Shown here in pieces: positions 41,584-52,099 of a stretch of DNA of 64,000 bases. How positions within the stretch are numbered: position 1 is the stretch's first letter; each line of letters begins with the position of its first letter. The notes under the pieces are model-generated. The model was not told the origin of the DNA and ran no database searches. It worked only from the letters and a program-made list of their open reading frames with translations. The position numbers and the translations under genes were made by a program. The stretch is taken from the NCBI GenBank assembly GCA_028874315.1, contig JAPPKM010000097.1, forward strand, positions 64,532 through 128,531, given 5' to 3'. This DNA comes from Chloroflexota bacterium. GTDB taxonomy: Bacteria > Chloroflexota > UBA11872.

Positions 41584-43302
41584 GTGTCGAGCGTCTGCGC
41601 ACAGTCGCCATTGGCGCTACTTGATTGAACTCGAGTGCCGGATTCGAAGATTCGACTCCTTCCAGTGTCGAAACAGCACTGACGCGTTGGGTCTGGCAGC
41701 CCTTGATTACCCATAGATCAGGTGCTCCCAAGCCTCACCGAGTAATGCCGGGGGATTATGACGTCCCGGAGCGCGGCGATTGCAGAACGAGTATCGGATG
41801 GCTCCCGGACACTCCGAGATCGGGTTCGACGGCTATCCGGTGAACTGCATGCCCTCGACTGGACCGCCTAAGCTGACACGTGGGTCCGGGCGGCATCCTC
41901 CGTCCGCGACGAGTATTCCGTTTCGCAGGTGATCACAAAGGGCGACTCCTAACGAATACGGGTCGACTGAACATTCTCGATGACTATCCGGGAAGCGTAC
42001 GGGACTATCGGAGGAGCCACGTCACCTTAGTCTGACTCACTTAGGCCCCGGGCTGCCGGAAGAAGCCGTAGCGCCGGGAGCGATATCCCTAGTAGGAACG
42101 AGGTCCCCAGTTTAAGTCAGAGAGTGTGCTGCGCACACCAAGAAGAGGTTGGAGAACTTCGTTCGCCTCCGGGTTCGAGGCGGCAGGTCCATCCACAGCG
42201 CTTGAAAGCACCGTAGCTGAGGTCTTTGATTCGTGTCTGCCCTGAGTCGCCTTGTAGCTTGGCAGTCTCGCGCTAGCGTCGAACGTCAAGCAAGTATGCT
42301 CCTGCGGACTCGGTCGACACCTGCCGGCGTCTGTTTCGCTGCCGGCGGCCCAGATCTTGCCGAAGGCCATCGCGGCGATCCAGTGGGAGTACTGCGTGGC
42401 CTTCGTGCAGGTCCAGCTCGATCGGCACATTTGGTCTCAACCAAAACACTCTCTGCGGCTGTTCGCGGTGATCTTCGGCGGAGAGGAGGAGGCCGTCGCC
42501 GAGGTGTTGCAGGTCCGACGTATGCGCCTGCCGATGCTTGAGAGGCACGATTCAGACGACCTGATGACGACAATTTGCGGTTCCTGAGGAGGCTCTTCCA
42601 CCCGGATCGAGGGATGACCTGGGGATGACGCGGGCGACAAGCCAATGTCTATCCCACCAGGTGTGTAAAAACCCGATGGAACAGAAGCGGAGCTTCCATC
42701 TCGCAGGGATTACCCGAGCAGCGAGCGAAGGCAGGTATGCTGTCGCACTAGGGAGCCTCCACACCGCCAATTCGAGAGTCCGAATTTGGGGTGCCGTGAC
42801 TCGTTGAAATGCCGACAGCCGAAGGTCGTGTACATCCGTGGCTGCCGTCGTGCGGGGCGCGATTCGGTGGTGACGATCCGGCCGAGTGGGAAACGGTGCA
42901 GGCGGCCAGTATGTAATTGCAACGTAATGGAATCGAATCGATCCGTCACGATCTCTTTACTTTCGGTCGATACGATTGCCGCTGAATGATCCCAGTTGCG
43001 GAGTGGAGAGCACTTGGTGGTTGTCGACCGTGATGGGCCGCTTAGTTGATTCTGAACCGACGAGAGTGGCGAAGCTTGCCTGTTGGCTATCTGATGCCCA
43101 GTCCTTCGGCTGGCCGAAGCCCAATTATGGACACATTCGTCCTTGACCTTCGTGCCGTCGGAGACGATCGCGCCTGCCGACACCGGGATTGTCACCAAAG
43201 ACCTTGCGTTGAATGAACTTCAAGCATCGGATTCTTGGGTCTGGACTAACTCGCCCAAGCCGGGTAGGCACGCCGTAAGTTGCTAACACTTAATCCTCCC
43301 TG

Positions 43303-45495
43303 GTGAACCAGTGTCAACTCAGGGCACTTGCCCTATTCATTGGAGCGCTGATCCTGGTCAGCTGCGAGACCACGCCCAGCCCAAAATCCACGCCGGAGCC
43401 AGCGGAGACAACGCCGACGCAGCAGGTGGGGCTGCGGCCAAGAGCACTCGAGTCCCGGCGGCCTGCAACGCCGGCTGCATCCGAGTCGCTATCGCCCGCC
43501 GCCGTATCAGCGACGGACAGATCGGCAGTCGTCCAGGTCGCGAATGGTGAGAACCACGCGTGCGCGCTGCGTGGCACCGGTCAGGTCGAGTGCTGGGGCT
43601 CCAATGATCAGGGGCAACTGGACGTTCCAGAGGACGCCCGATTCCAACAGGTCACGTCCGGCTGGCGATTCTCCTGTGGGATTCAGAAGGACGGCAGCCT
43701 ACGGTGCTGGGGCCGAAACAACCACCAGCAAGCGGAGCCGCCGGCTGGCCGGTTCTCGACGGTCGACGCGGGTTGGGACCACGCCTGCGGGATACGCGGT
43801 ACGGCGGCCATCTGTTGGGGGCGGAACGCGAATGACCGTGCCGCCGCTCCACGGCGTGGCGAATTCACGGCAATCGGAGCAGGCGCGGAGCACAGCTGCG
43901 GCCTGTCAACAACCGGTCGTCTGGTCTGCTGGGGAAAAAACGATAACGGGCGCGCGGACTCCCGCGACGGACCATTTCGTGCGCTGACCGTCGGCATCGC
44001 CCATACCTGCGTCTTGCGGGGCGACGGCACCCCGTTCTGCCAGGGAGCGAACGACGCCGGTCAGTCGAGCCCGCCCGTCGCGGTCTTCACGCACATCAGC
44101 GCCGGCCATGATCACACCTGTGGGTCTCTGCCCAGCGGCTACCTGATGTGCTGGGGAGGCCAGCCGGCGGACGCGCCCGCCAGCGGAATTTTCGCGCCAT
44201 CTGGCCGCTTCACGTCGCTTAGCACCGGCTGGCAAACTGCCTGTGCGCTAGACGCTCAGGCCGACATCATCTGCTGGTCCTCCGCGCATATCGTCCGCCC
44301 ACCCAGCCGGTTTCAGCACGTTCAACTGGACCAAGTCGCACCCGAATCCTTGTTCAGCAGCCCCACCGACGTGGCGCCGTGGCCTAGTGGTCTGGTGATT
44401 GCTGAACGAAAGGGGGAGATCGTGCGGCTCACGCCTGAGATGGTCGTGGAACCGATCGTGGACCTCACGGCGGTGGTCGATGCGAACGGTGGCGAGAAAG
44501 GACTGCTGAGCTTGGCGGTTGATCCGCAGTTCACCGACCACGCGTACATCTACGTCTACTACACACGCACGAGCGACGATGATCCACCCACGACGTTCGC
44601 ACGCCTGTCCCGCTTCCCGGTCATTGACGGTCGAGCCAGCGCCGACGGCGAACGGGTGATCTTGGACATTGGGCGGCATACACAGTCGACGAGGCACTGG
44701 GGCGGAGCGATCAGATTCGGGCCTGACGGCCTGCTGTATCTGGGAATCGGAGACGCCGGCTGCTTGGATTGTCCACAGGACTTGCGTTCGCTGCACGGCA
44801 AGATCCTTCGAATTGATGTTCGCGACGCGTCCCCGGCTCAGCCCTACCGCGCTCCTGACTCCAACCCATTTGTCGACGTTCCAGAGGCTCGCCCCGAAGT
44901 CTGGGCCTACGGACTGCGAAACCCCTGGCGTATGTCGTTCGATTCAACCGGTGAACGCTTGTGGGTTGCCGATGTCGGCAGCCACTTCCAGGAGGAAGTT
45001 ACCGTGGCCCGCCCCGGGGCCAACCTCGGGTGGCCGCGAATCGAAGGCACCCTGTGCACCGCCGTTGCGGAGTTTGAATCGCTTTCGGCGGACGCGCTTG
45101 AAAGTCACGAGAGCATTTACGATTCGCCGTGCAAGGCCATCCACGATGTGGCCCGACCGATCATGACGTATGCCGCCCGCCATCACGGCAATTGCGCGAT
45201 TATCGGCGGAATCGTGTACGGCGGGGCGTCAATGCCCTGGCTCGCGGGCACTTACCTGTTTGGCGACTACTGCAGCGGACGGATCTGGGCCCTTGCCGAC
45301 GACGTGGACGCCGGCTGGCGCATGGTCCAAATGGCCGACCTAGAGCATCCCATCATCTCGTTTGGCGTGGACGGCAATGGCGAGCTTCTCGTGCTGACGC
45401 ACGACGGACCCATCTACCGGCTGGCCGAGGCCGTCTTGGGTTCTGCGCCGTCGGTGACTCATCGTCCGCTCGTGACGTTCAGCGCGCGTCGCTAG
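43303..45495 (+). CDS. Lipoprotein: RCC1-repeat beta-propeller fused to a PQQ-dependent sugar (glucose/sorbosone) dehydrogenase-like domain
   Basis: Lipobox 'LILVSC'; repeated 'C(W)G.N..GQ' RCC1 units; C-terminal 'LLSLAVDPQF...YIYVYYT...LHGKILRIDV...YGLRNPWRMSFD...LWVADVGSHFQEEV'. Confidence 0.7.
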   Translation: MNQCQLRALALFIGALILVSCETTPSPKSTPEPAETTPTQQVGLRPRALESRRPATPAASESLSPAAVSATDRSAVVQVANGENHACALRGTGQVECWGSNDQGQLDVPEDARFQQVTSGWRFSCGIQKDGSLRCWGRNNHQQAEPPAGRFSTVDAGWDHACGIRGTAAICWGRNANDRAAAPRRGEFTAIGAGAEHSCGLSTTGRLVCWGKNDNGRADSRDGPFRALTVGIAHTCVLRGDGTPFCQGANDAGQSSPPVAVFTHISAGHDHTCGSLPSGYLMCWGGQPADAPASGIFAPSGRFTSLSTGWQTACALDAQADIICWSSAHIVRPPSRFQHVQLDQVAPESLFSSPTDVAPWPSGLVIAERKGEIVRLTPEMVVEPIVDLTAVVDANGGEKGLLSLAVDPQFTDHAYIYVYYTRTSDDDPPTTFARLSRFPVIDGRASADGERVILDIGRHTQSTRHWGGAIRFGPDGLLYLGIGDAGCLDCPQDLRSLHGKILRIDVRDASPAQPYRAPDSNPFVDVPEARPEVWAYGLRNPWRMSFDSTGERLWVADVGSHFQEEVTVARPGANLGWPRIEGTLCTAVAEFESLSADALESHESIYDSPCKAIHDVARPIMTYAARHHGNCAIIGGIVYGGASMPWLAGTYLFGDYCSGRIWALADDVDAGWRMVQMADLEHPIISFGVDGNGELLVLTHDGPIYRLAEAVLGSAPSVTHRPLVTFSARR

Positions 45496-45555
45496 GTGCC
45501 GTAGCGCCGACACTCGGCTCGTCTAGGCCGAGAGCCCGTCCATAGATTCGATCCG

Positions 45556-45600
45556 AAAGAGATGATGCTGCAAGGTCACGTCGGCGACTCTTTGCAGCAT
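45556..45600 (+). terminator. Stem-loop after the dehydrogenase gene (13-bp stem 'GATGATGCTGCAA' / 'TTGCAGCATCATT')
   Basis: Near-perfect inverted repeat ~60 nt downstream of the stop; no clear U-tract. Confidence 0.3.
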
Positions 45601-45665
45601 CATTGGAACTGAGTGGCTTAGACGCAGGTCTATCGGGCTGAGATCCGGCAACGCCTGCAACGGAA

Positions 45666-45959
45666 ATGGAGAACTTCATGACCGATACCGAGAACGACTC
45701 GCAGCGATTTGATCCGAAGGAAATGGCACTACGTGGTCGGATCGGCGCATTCCGTTTGCACGCGACACACGATCCCCGCACGACCACGGCCAAGGCGCGC
45801 GCGGCCTTTATGTCGCGATTTGAGTTGGAGGTGGATCCGCACCGCGAGTTGGACCCAAGCGAACGCAGCCGACGGGCGCTGGCGGCCCGGAGCGCCTACT
45901 TCGCCCGACTGGCGTTGAAGTCTGCACGCGCTCGGCGTCGCAAGCGCCGGCTTCATTGA
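45666..45959 (+). CDS. Hypothetical small basic protein
   Basis: Open frame with plausible composition; no domain recognised. Confidence 0.3.
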   Translation: MENFMTDTENDSQRFDPKEMALRGRIGAFRLHATHDPRTTTAKARAAFMSRFELEVDPHRELDPSERSRRALAARSAYFARLALKSARARRRKRRLH

Positions 45960-46427
45960 GAATCTTCGTAGACGTTGGAAGCACTCCTGCCCAGATTCAG
46001 CGAGACGAATAACGGGAGGAAGCAGGTGGCATGCCGTGAACATCAAGCGGTCTCCCAGTCTGATGCCGCGGGCCGGTCGATAGTGACGGCTGCTCAGCGA
46101 GTGGCCTATTCGTGGCTTGGGCCATGGGCTGTAGCGCGCACCGTTTCAACGAACGCAAAACCCCGGAGATTTCGGTGCGGCCAGCGGCAGGTCCGGGGAT
46201 CGAGCGTCAGTCCTTCGATTCACCGCAACCTTTCGAGTTCGTGACTCTGGGGTTCGAGCTGCTTCGAGTGTTTCATGCCCAACTGAACTCGACGGGCTCG
46301 CGTTGAGTCGGTCGAAGGCCTTGGTGACTTGAGTGAGACGCGGGCGCACTCACTTGATCTTGTGATCCGGTGGTTTCGTCGCCTGAGTGACCGCCTGCGC
46401 TCCGAGAGTCTGCCTCAAGGACTCCCA

Positions 46428-47414
46428 GCGAATACGGAATCCTTCCTTGGCAATGGTGCCTCCGCGCAGTGCAATGGACGCTGATGGGTGTGCAACCGGT
46501 CGCATCCGGCCGAGATGGCCATACAGACGCGTCCGCGCCCAGGAGCGGGACTACGACTGGTCCGGGTCGCCGTCCGCGGGCGGATTGGGAGCGACGCGTC
46601 GAACACGCCATCCGCCACCTGCGGAGCGCCTGGGATCTCCAGGACAACTCCTTGTGCCGACTTTCGGCAGTGAGAGAACGGGCATCGCACATCTACCGCG
46701 GTCGACCTGGTGCTGAGGCGCTTGCGCTGCGGGATTTGGTCCAAGAGGCGGTCGGGCTCGCCGGGGATCTGCTCGCGCCCCCATACGAGATTTTTCTGCG
46801 TCGCTGGGTGGAAACAGGCAACATCGCCGCGGTAGCTCGGGAGATGGGCAAGGACCGTTCGCACTTGTCGCGCGACTATCGACCGCGGGTTGTGACGGTC
46901 GTGACCGATGTGTTCATGCGGCTCACCGGCAATGGTGAGCGATACAGGCGCAGCGTCCACTCGAATCAGGGGTGCCCCCGCCGCTAAGGCCAGGCGGCGA
47001 TTTAGCCTCATCCACGACTGCCCGCCGCGGTGATCGCTGCCGGTGAATGGGCATTCGATTATTGGTTCGTCCCCGGAGCGCGGCGGTGGCGCGGAGCGAC
47101 GCCTCATTCTTGTGGCGGCGCAGTCGCGGTCTGCTTGCTCACAGACGGTCGTACAGCGACGGATTCAGGTTGCCATGCATCGCTGCATGAGCGGGTCTGA
47201 CATGCCGCCGCGGGTGTCCTCCGGGGCGTGACCATTGCCTATAATTGTGTGCGTATTGGACGCATATTTGCCGAGCGAGCGACAGCAAGCCTGCAGGGCT
47301 GGTGCGGACGCGAAGGCGGTGTCTCAAACCTGTTAGAGCGATGAGATCGGCGGATCTCGGGCCATTCGTGCTTCCAAGCTGGATGTCGCGGGTTCGAATC
47401 CCGTCCCCCGCTCC
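46428..47414 (+). repeat. Repeat copy A: ~1-kb segment ending in a tRNA/tmRNA-like T-arm plus acceptor 3' end ('GTCGCGGGTTCGAATCCCGTCCCCCGCTCC')
   Basis: About 75-85% identical to 49237..49917 (copy B, with an internal deletion). The terminal ~165 nt are also shared with 59535..59696 (copy C). A TATAAT hexamer lies ~10 nt upstream of the conserved core. Confidence 0.7.
46469..46987 (+). CDS. Hypothetical HTH protein (sigma-70 region-4-like C-terminus) inside repeat copy A
   Basis: 'EIFLRRWVETGNIAAVAREMGKDRSHLSRDYRPRV' resembles a region-4 HTH; a deleted paralog lies at 49277..49486 in copy B. Confidence 0.4.
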   Translation: MQWTLMGVQPVASGRDGHTDASAPRSGTTTGPGRRPRADWERRVEHAIRHLRSAWDLQDNSLCRLSAVRERASHIYRGRPGAEALALRDLVQEAVGLAGDLLAPPYEIFLRRWVETGNIAAVAREMGKDRSHLSRDYRPRVVTVVTDVFMRLTGNGERYRRSVHSNQGCPRR

Positions 47415-47574
47415 TAGCAGGCATAGATCGGCGAAATCGCCCGAGTCGCGGCGGTTCGCAGCATCCAGCCTTCCACCCGTTTCCATCACGCCCCGAAACG
47501 CTTGCGTGCGCGGCGAGGACCGCGAGGTTGGAGGGGGCGATGCACCCCGATTCGGTTCCACTGGCCAGGGCCAT

Positions 47575-47725
47575 TCTGCAATACCTAGCCACCCTCGCCG
47601 GGTAGCCTCTTCCCCGGAAACCGTGCGCCCCTACCGCGAGAACCTTGCGCAATTCGCCGAGTTTCTGGGCGGTGAGCCGACGCTGGATGAACTCACGCTT
47701 GACGGCGCCTTGCGCTATCAGAAGC
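47575..47725 (+). pseudogene. N-terminal fragment of a tyrosine recombinase ('SPETVRPYRENLAQFAEFLGGEPTLDELTLDGALRY')
   Basis: Core-binding-domain-like sequence with no catalytic domain following it. Confidence 0.45.
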
Positions 47726-47740
47726 GACCGGGAGCGGCGC

Positions 47741-47920
47741 CTGCTGGAACCACTGGCGCCCGCGCCGAAGCCCGGAGGTCGGCCGGTCGCGTACTCCCGG
47801 AGGGAAGTAGTCAACGCCATCTCCGGTGTATTGCGTCCCGGATTCGTATGGCGCATGCTGCCCCCGGTCTGCCCCTTGGCTGACCGCCTTCCACGACGTC
47901 CGCACCAGGCGGAGCTTTAG
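47741..47920 (+). mobile_element. Truncated IS5/IS1182-family transposase N-terminus ('KPGGRPVAYSRREVVNAISGVLRPGFVWRMLP')
   Basis: Matches the conserved N-terminal motif of IS5-type DDE transposases; only ~60 aa remain before a stop. Confidence 0.55.
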
Positions 47921-48110
47921 TCCGCCGCAATGTCAGGCGACGTCCGTAGGTTGCGTGCCGTGGCCGTGCCGTTCGTCATAGTGGCCGCGCCGATCCTACG
48001 AACAGGTCAGTCAACGCTCGGCATGTACCGCGTCGTCGTGCAGTCCCCGGCTACGGCTAGCGCCGGGGAGGAGGAATGGCTTTGACGAGGACCGCGGTGT
48101 CACCGGTCGG

Positions 48111-49124
48111 ATGGCGTCACGCCCGGAGCGCAGGTCACGCACTCGGACGTCATTCAGCTTGTGGCGCGACGGTCGCTCTGCCTGGAGGGTGCGGGCCGTG
48201 AAAGGATCTCTCGCAGCCATCTTGGAGATTCCAAGGCCGTTGTCGGTTCACCCAGTCCAGGTGGACGACGACACCGTGATCATGCTGCGACGTCACGGAA
48301 ACCCGGAGGGCCCCAGGTTGGTGCTGAGCCACGGTAACGGCCTGGCCATCGACCTCTACTACGCCTTTTGGTCGCTCCTGAGCCGCGATTTCGACTTGCT
48401 TGTCCACGACCTTCGGAATCACGGTTGGAACAACGTCGGCGCCCAGACGGACCACCGCGTCGATACCTTTGCACGAGACCACGACCGCATTCATGAGGCG
48501 ATCGGCCGTCGCTATGGTCAGAAACCGACTGTTGGCGTGTTTCACTCCATTTCAGCGTTGGCATCCCTTCATGCGCCGTCGCGGGGGGACGGCTACTCCG
48601 CCTTGGTGCTTTTCGCCCCACCCCTCTGCAACAGCGGCCCCAGGTACCGGGCGTACGAAGCGCGGGCAAAGAACACAGCCGACATGCTCAGGCGGAGGAC
48701 ACAGTGGTTCCGGTCCAGGGAAGAGCTGGCGGAACTTCATACCTATTTGCCCTATTTTCAGCGGGCCGTTCCGGGAGTCTTCGAACTTGTGGCGAGAACG
48801 ACCCTCAAGGCGTCGGCGAAGGGCCACGGGTTTGAACTCAGGTGTCCCGCCGAGTTCGAGGCGCAGATTTGGGACCATGCCTCGACGTATGCGGTAACCG
48901 TGGATTTCGGCGCCATGAGGTGTCCTGTCAAGACCGTAGCCGCAGACCCCGCCGCACAGGATCCGAGCGAGCCGACGTTCGACTACGGCGACGCGGACGT
49001 GGACCATGAGTTCATTCCCGACACGACACATTTTCTGCAACTCGAAAAACCGCAGGAGTGTGCGGTGGCCGTGCGGAGGTTTCTGCAGCAGGTGGGAATC
49101 CTGGAGAATCAATTGCTCCCGTGA
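48111..49124 (+). CDS. Alpha/beta-hydrolase fold protein
   Basis: 'LVLSHGNGL' oxyanion-hole HG motif; nucleophile elbow 'GVFHSISAL'; ~335 aa. Confidence 0.7.
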   Translation: MASRPERRSRTRTSFSLWRDGRSAWRVRAVKGSLAAILEIPRPLSVHPVQVDDDTVIMLRRHGNPEGPRLVLSHGNGLAIDLYYAFWSLLSRDFDLLVHDLRNHGWNNVGAQTDHRVDTFARDHDRIHEAIGRRYGQKPTVGVFHSISALASLHAPSRGDGYSALVLFAPPLCNSGPRYRAYEARAKNTADMLRRRTQWFRSREELAELHTYLPYFQRAVPGVFELVARTTLKASAKGHGFELRCPAEFEAQIWDHASTYAVTVDFGAMRCPVKTVAADPAAQDPSEPTFDYGDADVDHEFIPDTTHFLQLEKPQECAVAVRRFLQQVGILENQLLP

Positions 49125-49236
49125 GTGCCACTTCCTCCACTTCGTAGCTACGGATGCCCCAGGACCGTGGAAGGAACCCCGGAGTCGATTTGCTTACTCC
49201 GACGTGACCCACGGGTTTTGGGGACGCACGACCTCA

Positions 49237-49917
49237 GCGAATACGGAATCCTCGTTAGGCGAACGGGGTACTCGCAGTGCAATGGACGCTGATAGGCGTG
49301 CAACCGGACGCATCCGGCCGAACGAGTCTCCCAGAGGGGTCCCTAGCCGGGCACGGGACGACGATAGGTCCAGTTCGTCGACCACGGGCTGTGATGGTCG
49401 TGACCGATGTGTTCATGCGGCGAACCGGCAATGCTGACCGCTCCCGGCGCAGCGCCCGCCCGAACCGAAGGCGCAACCGCCGTTAGGGTTAGGCCGCGTC
49501 TGGGCCTCATCCTCCATTACGGGCGCCGGTAGTCGCTGCCGGCGGACGGGGATTCGAACGCTGATTCGTCCCCCCGTGACTGGCGGCGGCAAAGATCGAC
49601 GCCGCAATTCGCGCGGCGACGCAATGGTGACTGTGGTGCTCACAGATAGTCGTACGGCGACGTGCTTCCAAACCTGATGGACTTGTGGCGAGACCGGAAG
49701 CGATACGCCGCCGCGGGCGGCCTGCGGGGTTTGGCCACTACCTAGAATTGGGCGCCTATTTGACGCAAATCTGCCAATCCAGCGACAGCAAGCCTGCAGG
49801 GATGGTGCGGACGCGAAAGCGGTGTCTCAAACCTGTTAGAGCGATGAGATAGGCGGGTCTCGGGCCAATCGTGCTTTCAAGCTGGACATCGCGGGTTCGA
49901 ATCCCGTCCCCCGCTCC
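49237..49917 (+). repeat. Repeat copy B (deletion derivative of copy A) ending in the same tRNA-like 3' end
   Basis: Collinear with copy A. The embedded ORF is reduced to 69 aa (49277..49486) and shares its N- and C-termini with the copy-A ORF. Confidence 0.7.
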
Positions 49918-50149
49918 GAACAGAAGTGGATCGGCCAATCGGCCGATTGGAGGCGGCAGGCGACAGACAGCTTGGCGACCGAGATGGCGCCAATGCCGGC
50001 GTGGGCGATGACTTCGGCCTCGCCAAGCCTGGCGCACGCAATACGTGGAGCGCCTGCTTCGATTCGGAGTCGGACGATCTGCGACGTCTCAGGCATCTTG
50101 TCAGGTGGCCGAACGGGCCCGAGCGTGGCGTCGAGGCTGAAGCCGACGG

Positions 50150-50848
50150 CATTACAGGGTGTTCTTCAGGAGGTCGAGGAACTGGTGAATCTGCGCCCGT
50201 TGATCGCCGTGGAAATGCCCTGCGATGTGCGGCGTGGTGATCACATCGCAGGAGCGACCAAAGGGGGGAGTCAGCCGGAAGTGGCTCCGTGGTCAAGACG
50301 TCGAACGGCGCGCCACCAATGTGACCGTCGCGCAGTCGGCGCACCAGGGCTTCCTCATCGAGCAACGTCCCGCGCCCCAGGTTGATCAGCAGGACGCCCT
50401 CCTGCATTGCGTCGAGCACGTCGGCGCCAATCAGTTGATTCGTCGGCGGCCGTTCCGGGAGCCGACCAATCACGACGTCGGCCGACGCGACCTCGTTTGG
50501 AAGATCGCGCAGGGCTCGAAAGCGCCGGACGTGGGGATTGCAACCCGAGGCTTCGCGTCGGTGGGCTGTCACACTGGCGCCCAGGTCCGCCAGCTTCGCA
50601 ACTATGGCTCTTGCGAGCGGCCCGTACCCAAGGACATGCGCCTCCATGTTCCCGATGAGACGCGGCGCCGCCCGCATGTAGACGTCCCGGACCCAACCGT
50701 GGCGTTGCTGAGCTACGCAGAGTTCGGCAAGGCGTCGTTCCAGTGCTAAGAGGAGCGCCAGGCCGTGCTCGGCCACCGCATAGGATCTCGAGAGGTCGAT
50801 GGCCAACAGGCTGATGTCAACGGAGGCATTCCGCACCGATAGCCGCAT
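50150..50848 (-). CDS. D-isomer-specific 2-hydroxyacid dehydrogenase, apparently N-terminally truncated
   Basis: 'VAEHGLALLLALERRL', NAD-binding 'VLGYGPLARAIVAKLADLGASV', catalytic 'LINLGRGTLLDEEALVRRLRDGHIGGAPFDVLTTEPLP'. About the first 70 aa of the family are missing. The 3' boundary is uncertain because the ORF runs into repeat B. Confidence 0.5.
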
Positions 50849-51442
50849 CCTGATCTGCGTGGACCGCCGATCGTGCCCGAGCGCCGGCGCACAAGTCTTC
50901 CCGCATCACCATCCGCGCTGCCATGGGACATCGGCTTCTCGCCACGCTTCCGCGCTCTTGGGGTTGGTTGGCCCGTCCAGCGCTGCATCGATCGACAGCT
51001 GTGTCGCGTCTGTAGGGTTGATCTGCCGAGACATCCGGCGCGCCGTACGTTTCGCTCTCGTGTCAGTCCGTCGGCAAGCGTCCGTTCGGTTCGGGATCAG
51101 GCTCCAGTCTTAGCGGCCCAAAGCAACCAGGCGGATCGCGCCTTAGCCGGTTCGCCAGGGCGCCAACGGCCGGGTGGCTGTGTGGAGCCCAGCGGGCTTC
51201 ACCGTGATCTGGCCAAACCGCCCTAAGTTAAATAGCGAAAAGTCAATAGTCTGATAGACGGTTCTAGATATAAATCTTGGCCTGAAGCGATGTCACTTCC
51301 CTGAAGGCACCTGCGGGACGCAAGGGACAGGGATGGCCCGCGCAGCGACGGCAGAACACCCGTCTCGCGCGGACGAGGCATCGATTCCTCGACTGGCCAC
51401 TGGGTCGGCTGGACGTGGCGTGCGTGGACGCGGAGGCGCAGC

Positions 51443-52099
51443 ATGAACGGCGTAAGTAGACGTGCTCTTGTTCGGATGGCGGGCACAGGCGCCCTGGGGG
51501 CCGCTGGCGTCGCGCTCTGGGCAGCCTGTGGTGACACGCAGGTCGTGACCAAAGAAGTGCCGGTCGAGAGGGTCGTCGTCAAGGAAGTCCCGGCCGAGAA
51601 GATCGTCACTCAGCAGGTCGAGCGAGTCGTGACCCGAGAGGTCTTGAACGTCGTCCGTCAGGAAGTTCCAATCGAGATGCTGGTTGAGGTCAAGCAGGTT
51701 GTCGAGGTCCCGGTCGAAAAGGTTGTCGAAAAGGTCGTCACCAAGGAAGTAGAAAAAGTCGTCGAGAAAGTCATCGAGGTCGAGGCGCAGCTTCCGCCCG
51801 TGACCGTGGTATTCGTACACGACCACACGTCGGGTCCGCGCGGCGCCGCGATGGGATGGGGCCTGGATCTATTCGCGCAGAAGGTGCCCCACATCAATAT
51901 CAAGTTTGTGCCTCAGCCTCACACCTACGAGGAATCCTTCAGTATTCAGATGGTCGCCGGCACGGCGGGTGAATTGGCGCTCTTGTCCGGATGGTTCAAG
52001 TCACGCTTCCAGGCGTCAGGCGGCTTCATGCAGATCGATGATGTGGTACTGCACCGACCATCAACGGTTCGACACGGTGGCGGTCCTGGGAAACCCTGA
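51443..52099 (+). CDS. Tat-signal solute-binding-protein-like N-terminal fragment with 'KEVPVEKVV' repeats
   Basis: 'SRRALVRMAGTGALGAAG' twin-arginine signal; repetitive V/E/K linker; SBP-like start 'VVFVHDHTSGPRGAAMGWGLDLF...' but only ~90 aa of it before overlapping the sulfatase. Confidence 0.4.
   Translation: MNGVSRRALVRMAGTGALGAAGVALWAACGDTQVVTKEVPVERVVVKEVPAEKIVTQQVERVVTREVLNVVRQEVPIEMLVEVKQVVEVPVEKVVEKVVTKEVEKVVEKVIEVEAQLPPVTVVFVHDHTSGPRGAAMGWGLDLFAQKVPHINIKFVPQPHTYEESFSIQMVAGTAGELALLSGWFKSRFQASGGFMQIDDVVLHRPSTVRHGGGPGKP

Noticed and set aside
46990-47414. A full-length one-piece tmRNA (ssrA) ending at 47414
   Set aside because: I could not find a 5' acceptor strand complementary to the 3' end, and there is no plausible tag-peptide reading frame. 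Only the T-arm and acceptor part is convincing.
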